This document shows positions 1 through 8,628 of a stretch of 33,424 nt of DNA, one piece after another. Under the pieces are notes generated by a model. The model was given only the letters and a program-made list of their open reading frames with translations. It had not been told where the DNA came from and did no database searches. The DNA comes from a virus (taxonomy: Duplodnaviria > Caudoviricetes). The position numbers and the translations under genes were made by a program. The DNA lies in IMG/VR virus record IMGVR_UViG_3300010376_000093, positions 1 through 33,424 of that record. One strand, given 5' to 3'. Position 1 is the stretch's first letter, and each line of letters opens with the position of its first letter.

Positions 1-527
1 TCCTTGTCATAGCCATTCAGCTTTGCAAGAGTAAGTACCGCCGCATCGATCATAGCTTTCTTGTCCTTATCAGCACTTTGACCAGTATAAGCTTCTGACG
101 TGATATTCTTATCCTTGTCAGTAAGGAACCAAGTGCCATCATTCACAGCACTATTATAGGTATCATCCATGACTTTCTTGCACAATCCATTCCAGAAGGT
201 ACTTAAGAGAGCTTGGGTATCGTTACCTACCATAGCTAAAGCATCTGTGGTACTCGTTGGCATCCTTGGCAGTTCGTAACCTTTCTTTAGAAGCACGTTA
301 TCGAAGGTCTTAAGATCAAAGACCGTCTTCTGTGACTCCCTCTTTTCACCCGCTTGAGGTTGTGCACCTGCACTCTGTGCTTCCTGCTCTTCTTGCGCGT
401 CTACTTCTTGAATCTCTTCGCTCATTTGGTTGTTTCCTTTCGGGCTTCCAGCCCATTTTCTAGCCTTTGGACGGCTAACCTTTTTTACTACCTGCTCAAC
501 TTCAGTTTTGATCGCCAGTGCGCTCAT
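1..527 (-). CDS. Hypothetical protein, runs off the left edge (not in ORF track); alternative start at 425
   Basis: Manual translation gives MSALAIKTEVEQ...MSEEIQEVDAQEEQEAQSAGAQPQ...AKLNGYDK with no stop to base 1. The ATG at 425 is preceded by AAAGGA, and a promoter lies at 561-590. Confidence 0.8.
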   Translation of the reverse strand, partial: MSALAIKTEVEQVVKKVSRPKARKWAGSPKGNNQMSEEIQEVDAQEEQEAQSAGAQPQAGEKRESQKTVFDLKTFDNVLLKKGYELPRMPTSTTDALAMVGNDTQALLSTFWNGLCKKVMDDTYNSAVNDGTWFLTDKDKNITSEAYTGQSADKDKKAMIDAAVLTLAKLNGYDK

Positions 528-560
528 TCCTTGGATTCCCCTTTCTTCTACTGAAAGTCT

Positions 561-590
561 AGGATACCATGCACTGCTTTGGCTTGTCAA
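561..590 (-). promoter_or_regulatory. Sigma70-like promoter with extended -10
   Basis: Minus strand reads TTGACA-18 bp-TATCCT, with TG one base before the -10. Confidence 0.65.
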
Positions 591-609
591 CACATTTCAC
601 CCCTTGGAT

Positions 610-810
610 TTAAAATTCTTCTACGCCATCTCTTGTATAAAGGACAGACCCAAGAGGCGTCTGGTAGGAAACAAAGTACCTGTAAGCTCCATACCATGCA
701 TTCTGCTTGTCTGTCCATCGGTTAGCTGCTTTGCGATTGGTATAGATTTTTTGGAGGTAAACCTGATTCCTAGAATCCCATATTTTATATTCGGCTTGTG
801 TGCTTTCCAT
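610..810 (-). CDS. Small hypothetical phage protein (66 aa), probably leaderless
   Basis: ATG ORF with globular composition, 6 nt downstream of a -10 box. Confidence 0.65.
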   Translation of the reverse strand: MESTQAEYKIWDSRNQVYLQKIYTNRKAANRWTDKQNAWYGAYRYFVSYQTPLGSVLYTRDGVEEF

Positions 811-816
811 GTTTAA

Positions 817-845
817 AGCTTAAGCTACCTAGAAAATAAAATCAA
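817..845 (-). promoter_or_regulatory. Sigma70-like promoter (leaderless geometry)
   Basis: TTGATT-17 bp-TAAGCT-6 nt-ATG(810). Confidence 0.6.
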
Positions 846-1073
846 GCCCCTTGGGGGTGAAACCTTCAGGTAGCAAATCTTAAAATCTAGAGGATAGTTA
901 AATCAATCTAGCTGTGAGTAGGTCGATTTTAGGGTAGTACGTCGCACGTAATAAGCACCGAGCATATGGTCAAGACACCACCAAGAGTCACGGTTAGGCA
1001 CAGGTTAGAGCACTGAAGTTCAAGATTCAGAAGGACTTGTGAGGACTTTAGTTCTTCACATCCCTCACACCGC

Positions 1074-1266
1074 CGTTACTCTAAGGTGTCACTTTAGGGG
1101 TTTTTTATTTTTCTTGTATATATATGATAATAATATATATATTACGTGATTAAAAATTTTTTTGACCCTCAATGCTACCCTCTATAACATCCCTCTCATA
1201 AACCCTTTATTTTCAACATAAAACACCCTCTCAAAAAAAGCCCCATAGTGACACCCTCAGGTAACG
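1074..1266. repeat. Imperfect ~33-bp inverted repeat flanking an AT-rich core and CCCTC direct repeats; candidate replication origin
   Basis: CGTTACTCTAAGGTGTCACTTTAGGGGTTTTTT (1074-1106) matches the reverse complement of 1233-1266, CGTTACCTGAGGGTGTCACTATGGGGCTTTTTTT. The core has TATATATAT/ATATATATA at 1117-1141. Confidence 0.6.
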
Positions 1267-1321
1267 CCCCAAGGAGGGTAGCCCTTAAGCTATCCTTATG
1301 ATTCTAAAGCAAATAAACAGC

Positions 1322-1350
1322 TTGCATCTTGCCTGTATTCAGTATACACT
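1322..1350 (+). promoter_or_regulatory. Sigma70-like promoter for the rightward arm
   Basis: TTGCAT-17 bp-TACACT; the same -10 hexamer occurs at 6177-6182. Confidence 0.55.
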
Positions 1351-1456
1351 ATTCCTCACATGGTACTCCGCCGACCATCAGGATTTCACCCTAACGAGGG
1401 TACTAGTACTATAAATTCTACGTTACAGCTTGATATAGCTTATTGCTGAGTTACCT

Positions 1457-2065
1457 ATGCTTATTTCACATCCAAAACCTATCACACCAACCAGAAGCGT
1501 CAGAAGAGAGTCAGAACCATCCCCAGAGTTATTTAGACTCTATAAGGTATTCCCGGATAAAAGAGGCCCGAAAGGCCAAGATACACTTACCTTGATTTTA
1601 AGTGAAGGTAATCAGGTGTATTCTACTTGGACCAATGGCAGTAGACCTTCTACAGCTAAGTTTCTAATCTGGGCACGCACACGTAAATGGAATCTAGAAC
1701 ACTCTATAAATCTACTTCCTACAGGTGAAAGAAAGTCACCATCTGAATATAGGAAAGAACTTGAAGATTTAGGTTACAAAGATGCACATGAAACTCCTGA
1801 ACAGATTATTAAAAAGCGATTCAGGAAACTTCAACCAACTTTACCACCTACCACTAAGCTTAAAGATTCTAGAGCTTTAAATCCAGATGACTGGGTTAGT
1901 CTCAGAATGAAGGATAAGATTAAAAGATGGACTGGTAAAGATTTAGAACTTGAGACTCAACAAAAAATCCAAGCTGAATTACAAGAGCGTATTGATAAGC
2001 TACTGGAAGCTAAAAAGCTTAAGGACTCTAAACTACTAGCTAAGTTAAAAAAGAAGGGTTTTTAG
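1457..2065 (+). CDS. Hypothetical basic protein (202 aa)
   Basis: First ORF of the rightward operon; Lys-rich helical C-terminus. Confidence 0.75.
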   Translation: MLISHPKPITPTRSVRRESEPSPELFRLYKVFPDKRGPKGQDTLTLILSEGNQVYSTWTNGSRPSTAKFLIWARTRKWNLEHSINLLPTGERKSPSEYRKELEDLGYKDAHETPEQIIKKRFRKLQPTLPPTTKLKDSRALNPDDWVSLRMKDKIKRWTGKDLELETQQKIQAELQERIDKLLEAKKLKDSKLLAKLKKKGF

Positions 2066-2098
2066 ACTAGGATGGCACTAGGGAAGGATAGCTAAAGG

Positions 2099-2446
2099 AT
2101 GGCACAATTTATCCAACTTACACCTGAGGAAATAGATTATCTGCTTAACTTAATAGCAGACATGGATTCTGATACTGTCTACACCGCTGATATCAGAATC
2201 TTAACTATAGAAAAGCTTATGGCTATTAAAAAGAATCCACGCGCAAGTAAGCTTTTCTACAATGAAGTTACTTACCTGTTAGAGCTTATAGAAGACGATG
2301 ACTTGGAGTCTGCCTCCGGAGTCAGAATCCAAACACAGAATGTGCTTGAGGATATACAGAACTTACAGGCTAAAAGATTTCAGGAAACTCTTAGTATAGA
2401 AGAGCAGAGGGAGCTTAGGAGAGCTAAACGCGTAGCGCGCCCTTGA
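2099..2446 (+). CDS. Hypothetical helical protein (115 aa)
   Basis: Purine-rich SD-like sequence upstream; weak internal repeat EIDYLLNLI / EVTYLLELI. Confidence 0.8.
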   Translation: MAQFIQLTPEEIDYLLNLIADMDSDTVYTADIRILTIEKLMAIKKNPRASKLFYNEVTYLLELIEDDDLESASGVRIQTQNVLEDIQNLQAKRFQETLSIEEQRELRRAKRVARP

Positions 2447-2468
2447 GCTACCAGAATAGGATAAAAAT

Positions 2469-2723
2469 ATGAGTGAAGGTATAATTGTACTAATAACTTT
2501 AACGGGATGGTCCATATATGTATTCAGAACTAAGTGTAAATGGTATGGTAGACCACTACAAGCTATAGGAGTGCTGATTTACTCTTATCTTACTCTACTA
2601 GTTTATTTTAACTATTTACAAGATCCACTTAAAACCCTATGGGCTAACCTAAGCACACCATATCATTTTGCAATACCAGTGGAGGTGACTATAAAGTATG
2701 ACACAAGCAATAGCACCCGCTAG
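2469..2723 (+). CDS. Small membrane protein (two hydrophobic segments)
   Basis: IIVLITLTGWSIYVF and LQAIGVLIYSYLTLLVYFNYL; AGGA upstream. Confidence 0.65.
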   Translation: MSEGIIVLITLTGWSIYVFRTKCKWYGRPLQAIGVLIYSYLTLLVYFNYLQDPLKTLWANLSTPYHFAIPVEVTIKYDTSNSTR

Positions 2724-3468
2724 CTCCACATGTGTTATCTGCCAGAAACCACTAGGCCAGGACTCTAAAGATCTAGGCTACACTTTATGTCATGAGCACA
2801 GAAAGTGTATCTACTGTGAGCAAAATATCTCACCTGCTGAGAATGCTACCTGCTTGAAAGCTTTAGGGGAACGTCGGGCCGGGAATGGCTCACAGCCAGA
2901 TTATACTGAAATAGTGGTTACACATGCTTCATGCTGGATTTATCACCACAAGAAAGAAGATGATCCGGAAGTTACTGTTCGACAGAGTACTTATGACTTC
3001 GCTAACCTCTGCCGCCTAGCTATCATGCCTGAAATGCACTTGAATGATAAGACTAACAGGGATAACGCGGAAGTAGAAGGTCACAAGCTTGTACAGAACA
3101 TGGATTATCTTGAAAAGACTAGGTTTATAGAGAGACTTGAGGCTATAGCATCCTTTGAAAGGATGTTACTCAATAAAGATCCTAAATTCAAGAAGGAACT
3201 CCTAACACTTCGGGAACAACAAAAAGCTTCCGTAGCTAAGATGGAAGCAGCAACAAGTGCTCGTCCACAGCCTAAGATCCGAGCACAGGATATACAACTA
3301 GCACACTTTCAAGAGATGTATGATATTAAGGAACCTGAGGTAGCTAAACAACTCCTAACTAGATTTAATAAAGCTATTAATGATTTACAAGTTAAGTCTA
3401 AGCTGGATCCAGCTACAGCACATGAGATGGTAGTTAAGATGATGAAGTTGACTAGGCGGGTTGAATAA
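2698..3468 (+). CDS. Hypothetical protein with N-terminal Cys/His Zn-binding domain
   Basis: CVIC...CHEH..CIYC...HASC; GGAGG upstream. Confidence 0.8.
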   Translation: MTQAIAPASSTCVICQKPLGQDSKDLGYTLCHEHRKCIYCEQNISPAENATCLKALGERRAGNGSQPDYTEIVVTHASCWIYHHKKEDDPEVTVRQSTYDFANLCRLAIMPEMHLNDKTNRDNAEVEGHKLVQNMDYLEKTRFIERLEAIASFERMLLNKDPKFKKELLTLREQQKASVAKMEAATSARPQPKIRAQDIQLAHFQEMYDIKEPEVAKQLLTRFNKAINDLQVKSKLDPATAHEMVVKMMKLTRRVE

Positions 3469-3471
3469 CTT

Positions 3472-3651
3472 ATGAATGAATACGAAAGACGTATACAAGC
3501 AATACAACAAAGATTAGCTGAATTAGATAAATTAAGAGGTACTGGATATTGGGATTTCCACTATGATTGTTTGTGGCACAGTCTCTATAAGAGAGAGTTA
3601 GAATTGAAGCTTCAAGCTGGTACTCCTGGTACTCCTGGTACTCAAAAATGA
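3472..3651 (+). CDS. Hypothetical protein, 59 aa (not in ORF track)
   Basis: MNEYERRIQAIQQRLAELDKLRGTGYWDFHYDCLWHSLYKRELELKLQAGTPGTPGTQK; starts 3 nt after the upstream stop. Confidence 0.65.
   Translation: MNEYERRIQAIQQRLAELDKLRGTGYWDFHYDCLWHSLYKRELELKLQAGTPGTPGTQK
3617..3643 (+). repeat. 9-bp tandem repeat (CTGGTACTC)x3, in frame (GTP repeats)
   Basis: Read directly from the sequence. Confidence 0.9.
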
Positions 3652-3664
3652 ACCGGGAGTACTA

Positions 3665-3693
3665 TAGACTTCCCCTTAGAGTTGTGATAAGCT
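3665..3693 (+). promoter_or_regulatory. Sigma70-like promoter upstream of the helicase
   Basis: TAGACT-17 bp-TAAGCT with extended -10 TG. Confidence 0.5.
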
Positions 3694-3714
3694 TAGGATA
3701 GGAGCCTTAGATTA

Positions 3715-3792
3715 ATGAATATTACACAATTACCATTCCCAAAGTATAGCCACAGAACCCGGCAGTTAAAGAAAAAGCACGGTATAATGTAA
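3715..3792 (+). CDS. Possible 25-aa micropeptide MNITQLPFPKYSHRTRQLKKKHGIM
   Basis: AGGAG at 3700-3704 upstream of the ATG, just after the promoter. Confidence 0.3.
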   Translation: MNITQLPFPKYSHRTRQLKKKHGIM

Positions 3793-3811
3793 AAGGTAAG
3801 AGAATAAACTA

Positions 3812-5554
3812 ATGCCTAAATTAACTTACAAGTGTCCGCTATGCGGAAAACAACTTAAGCTTAAAGAGGAACTTCTCTTAGGATCTGAGAAACTCTATTC
3901 CTACACCTGTGGTCACTCTTTCGCCTCACCTATTCACACTGTTACCAAAGCTAACCTAGATTTTAAGGCTAAAGATGGTTCCGGTAAAGTTGCCAGACAC
4001 TACCAGGAAGACGGAGTCCAGTTTATACTAGAATCTGATTTCAACTGTATAGTAGGAGATCAGATGCGTCTTGGGAAAACTCCACAAGCACTTCTAGCTT
4101 TAGCTAACTCTTATAAGGAGCGCACACCCGCACTGATCCTGGTTAAAGGTGCGAATCTGTGGCAGTGGTGCCGGGAGTATAAAGTATGGTGTGATACACT
4201 CCCCAATGGGATCTTTCCTATTATTGGTTCTAAGGCTTGGATTCCTCCAGGTTTCTCCGCTTATATTATCAGTATGGATACTTTCTCCAAGCCTGCTGTG
4301 CAGGAGGCTCTCAGGAAGATTAGCTTTAAGCTGATTATAGCTGATGAAGCTCACTCTTACAAGAACACAGGTTCTAACAGAAGTCAAGCTCTAGTAGAGT
4401 TCATGGCTTTTCAGAATACCGGTGAGCTTCCCCAGACCATCAAGTTTACCTGTCCTAAGTGTCAAGAGGAATGGACTGAGAAATCCATCCAAAAAATCGA
4501 TAAGCGTATCGGTCTAAAGACTGTATACAAATCCAGCAAGTGTCCTAAGTGTTCCTGGTATCAGACTATAAGTGCTGGTTCCACAGATGAAAAGGATGAT
4601 CCCAGTCTAAAACCCTGTGGTATAGTTCTACTCACTGGAACTCCTATCTTAAACCGGGCTGATGAGTACTTTGTACCTCTTAACTTGGTTTCACCTGAGA
4701 AATTCAGCTCGCTGGAACGATTCCGTAGAAGCTGGTTAACTCAGGACCAGACTGGAAAGTATAACCGGGTTAAGGATTGGATGCTCCCCTCCTTTAAAAA
4801 AGAGATCGCGACACTTATGATCCGGAGGGAGAAAGAAGATGTGTATAAGGATCTTCCAAAGCTTAACAAACTTTACACTCTGATAGATCCTGATAAAACA
4901 CTTCTGGCTAAAAAGTACAATCAGGTGCTGGATCAGCTAGAGTTAAAACTGGCCAGTAAGGCCAAGCTTACCTTTTTTGATTCTCTAGCTGAGATGACTG
5001 AGCTAAGACGCTTGTGTGGTCTGATGAAAGTTTGCTGGTCACAGGATTACCTAGAAGATTGTAGATCAGAGACTGATGCTAAGTATGCTATAGGTATACA
5101 TCACGAGTCTGTGCGAGATACTCTCTTCCTAGCTTTAGGTGGCGCAGACTCCTGCTTTAAACTCTCAGGTGAGGATTCTTCAGACCGTAAAGATTGGATC
5201 ATGCGGTCGTGGGAAAGTGCCCCACAACAATTTCTAATTATTAACATGCTAGCAGGCGGGGTTGGAATGGACTTCCACTATTGTGATAATGTGCTAATCT
5301 TAGAGAGACAGTGGAACGGGGAGATTGAATCACAGTTTGAGTTCAGGTTCTATAATCCTGATCTTAGCATAAAGAAAAACCCTACTAATGTAGAGTACAT
5401 AATATGTAGGGGAACCCTGGATGAGTGGTGGTATGATCTTGTGGAGAGCAAGAGACTAGCTGTAGGGGAAACTGTATATAATAACTGGAACTTAGAAACT
5501 GATACGGATTCCTTTAGACAGCTAGTAGAAAGAACAGTACAGGCGAGACTCTAA
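3812..5554 (+). CDS. SNF2-family (SF2) helicase/ATPase with Zn-ribbon additions
   Basis: YQEDGV Q-motif, DQMRLGKT (I), IIADEAH (II), LLTGTPILN (III), MIRREKEDV, AGGVGMDF (V). Confidence 0.92.
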   Translation: MPKLTYKCPLCGKQLKLKEELLLGSEKLYSYTCGHSFASPIHTVTKANLDFKAKDGSGKVARHYQEDGVQFILESDFNCIVGDQMRLGKTPQALLALANSYKERTPALILVKGANLWQWCREYKVWCDTLPNGIFPIIGSKAWIPPGFSAYIISMDTFSKPAVQEALRKISFKLIIADEAHSYKNTGSNRSQALVEFMAFQNTGELPQTIKFTCPKCQEEWTEKSIQKIDKRIGLKTVYKSSKCPKCSWYQTISAGSTDEKDDPSLKPCGIVLLTGTPILNRADEYFVPLNLVSPEKFSSLERFRRSWLTQDQTGKYNRVKDWMLPSFKKEIATLMIRREKEDVYKDLPKLNKLYTLIDPDKTLLAKKYNQVLDQLELKLASKAKLTFFDSLAEMTELRRLCGLMKVCWSQDYLEDCRSETDAKYAIGIHHESVRDTLFLALGGADSCFKLSGEDSSDRKDWIMRSWESAPQQFLIINMLAGGVGMDFHYCDNVLILERQWNGEIESQFEFRFYNPDLSIKKNPTNVEYIICRGTLDEWWYDLVESKRLAVGETVYNNWNLETDTDSFRQLVERTVQARL

Positions 5555-5709
5555 TGCATAAACACTTATGTCAAGAATGTAATGAAGTCTGGGAGTGTAA
5601 TGACACGTCAGGTGATGGCTCAGATACTGATTGTAGATGGTTTACAATTGCTATGTGTCCTGACTGTTATTTAAAACTTGCTAGGCTTAATAGGTCTAAA
5701 ATAAACTAA
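5554..5709 (+). CDS. Small Cys-rich Zn-binding protein, 51 aa (not in ORF track)
   Basis: MHKHLCQECNEVWEC...C...CPDC; TAATG stop/start coupling with the helicase. Confidence 0.7.
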   Translation: MHKHLCQECNEVWECNDTSGDGSDTDCRWFTIAMCPDCYLKLARLNRSKIN

Positions 5710-5712
5710 GTT

Positions 5713-5976
5713 ATGAAGCCTAAGCCTAAGCCTAAAAAGAAACTCCTGAGGCCAAGAAGAATAACCAAAACTCTGGGCCGACCACCTAAAGCTTACTTAC
5801 TCGGACCTAACCCACAGCTAAGTCCACTTATGGCTTATCTTGAAAAACATGTGAATAGAATACCTATCAGAGAGAAACTTCCTTCAGGCAAATATATTAA
5901 TGTTATGCTAGGAGAATTAAATCTCAAGAGGTTTATCTATTGGGTTAACAGACTACATAAGGAAGTTAAGGTTTAA
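5713..5976 (+). CDS. Hypothetical basic protein (87 aa)
   Basis: Tightly packed; KPKPKPKKK N-terminus. Confidence 0.65.
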   Translation: MKPKPKPKKKLLRPRRITKTLGRPPKAYLLGPNPQLSPLMAYLEKHVNRIPIREKLPSGKYINVMLGELNLKRFIYWVNRLHKEVKV

Positions 5977-6001
5977 GTATGAACTTGCTGGAACTAAGAA
6001 T

Positions 6002-6196
6002 TTTCACTCCTAGACGCTCTAGGGTAAGAGTAGGGGTGAAATGAGTAGCCTAAAGTACCTGTCTAGAGTGCCTTACACACGCGCTAAGAGCCTCACTGTG
6101 CAACCGGTTAAGGGGAGTCAGTGGTATATGGCTACCCCTTCCCAAGTGTCCCCTTGCACTCACTCAAGCCCTGTGCTACACTCTACAGGTGAGCTA
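6002..6196 (+). ncRNA. Candidate structured RNA: 11-bp hairpin followed by a ~135-nt rod
   Basis: Pairings 6002-6012/6031-6041, 6057-6070/6179-6190, 6098-6103/6154-6159 and 6110-6120/6129-6140; G-U pairs favour the + strand. Confidence 0.4.
6154..6182 (+). promoter_or_regulatory. Sigma70-like promoter for the recombination/replication genes
   Basis: TTGCAC-17 bp-TACACT with extended -10 TG. Confidence 0.65.
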
Positions 6197-6234
6197 AAAA
6201 AGTACCTCACAGCCAGAAGATAGGATTAATCAAG

Positions 6235-6891
6235 ATGGATTCTAGTGTAATAGATAAAATAAAAAAGCTCATAGCTCTTTCTGAAGATTCAGGAGCTACA
6301 GAAGCTGAGAAGCTTTTAGCGTTGCAGCAGGCTCAGAAGCTTATGCTCAAGTATAGTTTAGATCAGGATGCTATATTTAATGGGGCGGAACCGGAAATAG
6401 TAGAAGTTGATTTTAAGTTAGATCGGCCTATATTCTATCTTGATGCTAAGAAGCTTTGTATGATAGCAGGTTTGATCGGTGAGAGCTTTGGTTGTTATGC
6501 TTGTTTTAATAGAGCTAATCAAGTAAAGCTTTTCGGATTCAAGGTTAACTGCCAGATAGTAGACTACACAGTTAAAGTACTACTTAATCAGGGTATAAGA
6601 GATTGTGCAACCGGATGGAAGCTTAACCCTTCAGCTTCCTACAAGATGAGCTTCTGGAAAGGTTTTACAGTAGGTTTGGAAGAACGCTTTACTAAAATCA
6701 AACTAAGTGATGAGACAGGGATACAACTTTATGATAAAGTCAAAGACTTCTTTAATCAAAGAATTAAGTTTACTGATACTGTTAGCTTCCTTGGTGCTTC
6801 TACTGAAGCGCACAATGTTGGGGAAAAGAGTGCTAGGGATGCGGTGGTTACTCAGGCTCTGAATCAGGGTGGAGAGAGGAAGCTTCTGTGA
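6235..6891 (+). CDS. DUF2786-domain protein
   Basis: N-terminal IDKIKKLIALSE...ATEAE...A...AQKLMLKY signature; later SF.KGF..G motif typical of the family. Confidence 0.85.
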   Translation: MDSSVIDKIKKLIALSEDSGATEAEKLLALQQAQKLMLKYSLDQDAIFNGAEPEIVEVDFKLDRPIFYLDAKKLCMIAGLIGESFGCYACFNRANQVKLFGFKVNCQIVDYTVKVLLNQGIRDCATGWKLNPSASYKMSFWKGFTVGLEERFTKIKLSDETGIQLYDKVKDFFNQRIKFTDTVSFLGASTEAHNVGEKSARDAVVTQALNQGGERKLL

Positions 6892-7022
6892 AAAGAACTA
6901 AAATAACTCTCAAACAACTTGACCTACTATACAAAAAACTTAACACAGCAGAAAAGGATTTAGAAAAAGCTATAAAAGATAAGCAAGCACTAGAACAAAC
7001 TAAACTAGAGGATAAAAACTAA
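6888..7022 (+). CDS. Small coiled-coil protein, 44 aa (not in ORF track)
   Basis: GTGA overlap with the upstream stop, GAGGA SD; MKRTKITLKQLDLLYKKLNTAEKDLEKAIKDKQALEQTKLEDKN. Confidence 0.55.
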   Translation: MKRTKITLKQLDLLYKKLNTAEKDLEKAIKDKQALEQTKLEDKN

Positions 7023-7026
7023 CTGA

Positions 7027-8016
7027 ATGCCTAAATTTACCCTTGCTGTTGATAGTAGCCAGATAAGTTGCTACTTAGAATGCCCGCAGAAGTGGGTTAA
7101 TCAATACCTGAAGCGGCTTGTACCTATAAGATTCCAGCAGGATGAATCTCTGAATATGGGATCTTATGCTCATAAGCTCCTAGAGATATATTATCAGTGT
7201 AAAGCTCGTGGGATTGGTCTCAACGATACTATGCTACTGATGGATGCTTATAATCCGGATCAAGATCAATGTGAGTGCGGGTGTGCTCGGGAGTATCACA
7301 CAGAAATACCTGCTTTAGGTATAGTAGAATGTTCACGTTGTGCTATGATGAAGAGAGGGTGTTCTAGTTTCAGACCTAAGTCACTAGAACTACCTGATAA
7401 GATTCGGAAGAAGGTCCGAAAGCGTATCGTTGATTACACCGGATTCTATCAGCGAGATGATATTCAACCACTAAGTGAGAAACATGTAGAAGTCGGATTC
7501 AGTGAAACTATCTATGAGGATCAGGATAATCTCTTCGTGTTAGAAGGTAGGATAGACCTGATAGGTAAAATCCAAGGACTTGATTGCTTCATGGATCATA
7601 AAGTCCAAGGTAAGACTTACTACCTGTACGATAGAAATGTTCAGATGAAGAACTACATGCTTATCACTAAGCTTCCTATGGGCATGTTTAATTACATACG
7701 GCTATCTGATAAGATAGAGAAGGGTATAACTCTCCAGAGACAGATAGTTAATATGAATAGAGTAGAACTTAGTGTATGGCACAAGCGGCTTATAGTTATA
7801 TTTCACAGGATGAAAAAGACAATACAAGCTTTCAACAATAAACAGGAATCGGAACGTGATTGGAATGCTTGTTCTGGAGGCAAACTTACTTACGATCTGG
7901 ATAGACCTTGCTTCTGTTGGTATACTCCACTTTGTGAAGCTACTGATCCTGATTTAGCCTGTAAGGAAGAGTCTAGGTTATTCAAGATTAATGAGAATGT
8001 GTGGAGGCCGTGGTAG
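7027..8016 (+). CDS. Cas4-like / PD-(D/E)XK exonuclease (phage recombination nuclease)
   Basis: SQ...CPQKW, GS.AH, VE, GRIDL, DHK, Q...Y and a C-terminal C...C.....C cluster; adjacent to Sak4-like and SSB-like genes. Confidence 0.88.
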   Translation: MPKFTLAVDSSQISCYLECPQKWVNQYLKRLVPIRFQQDESLNMGSYAHKLLEIYYQCKARGIGLNDTMLLMDAYNPDQDQCECGCAREYHTEIPALGIVECSRCAMMKRGCSSFRPKSLELPDKIRKKVRKRIVDYTGFYQRDDIQPLSEKHVEVGFSETIYEDQDNLFVLEGRIDLIGKIQGLDCFMDHKVQGKTYYLYDRNVQMKNYMLITKLPMGMFNYIRLSDKIEKGITLQRQIVNMNRVELSVWHKRLIVIFHRMKKTIQAFNNKQESERDWNACSGGKLTYDLDRPCFCWYTPLCEATDPDLACKEESRLFKINENVWRPW

Positions 8017-8019
8017 CTT

Positions 8020-8250
8020 ATGAATGATGCTCAGATTTTTACAATTGCTATGTCGGTAGTTATCCCTGTTAGCTTACTTATTTACTCTAACAGCCGAATA
8101 ACAGATGTTAATAACAGAATTAATGAGATTAAAGAAAGTATCCAAAAGCTAGAAAAACATATTGATGAAAAGATGGATAATTACTTTAATCGTATAAAAC
8201 TGTTACTTGAACTCCATGAGGCAATGCATCATCATAAGGAGGATAAGTAA
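8020..8250 (+). CDS. Small membrane-anchored coiled-coil protein
   Basis: N-terminal TM (IFTIAMSVVIPVSLLIY) followed by heptad repeats. Confidence 0.8.
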   Translation: MNDAQIFTIAMSVVIPVSLLIYSNSRITDVNNRINEIKESIQKLEKHIDEKMDNYFNRIKLLLELHEAMHHHKEDK

Positions 8251-8628
8251 ATGCCTAGTCTGAACCATGTGCATACCTATGCCAAGTATAAATCAAAACC
8301 GGGTTACTTTAAGTGTAATGCACCTGATTGCACTCACTACTCACACAGGGAATTGGTAGTAGGTAAATATAGTTTGTGTAATATATGTGGATCTAAGTTC
8401 CTAATGACCTACCAGGATCTAAAGAGAGCTGAACCTAGATGTTTAAGCTGCTCTAATACTAAAAAAGGTCGTATGGCCCGTAAAGCCCTGGAGATTACTC
8501 AGTACCTTGGTACAGAATCTTTTGCTAAGACTGAGGCTCTGCCACTTGAAGAAAGTCCTGATCTGAATTTTGATCCACCACCGATACAACTACCTAGATT
8601 CAGGATAGAGGATGATGAGAATGGATAA
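8251..8628 (+). CDS. Cys/His-rich Zn-binding protein
   Basis: HVH...C....C.H, CNIC, CLSC; GGAGG SD. Confidence 0.8.
   Translation: MPSLNHVHTYAKYKSKPGYFKCNAPDCTHYSHRELVVGKYSLCNICGSKFLMTYQDLKRAEPRCLSCSNTKKGRMARKALEITQYLGTESFAKTEALPLEESPDLNFDPPPIQLPRFRIEDDENG

Noticed and set aside
354-816. Plus-strand ORFs 354-554 and 430-816
   Set aside because: Antisense shadows of better-supported minus-strand genes that have promoters.
6041-6223. 60-aa ORF as a protein gene
   Set aside because: Atypical composition, contains a promoter and coincides with extensive base pairing; not fully excluded.
7027-8016. Cas4 as evidence of a CRISPR system
   Set aside because: No repeat-spacer array or other cas genes; the context is the usual nuclease-Sak4-SSB recombination module.
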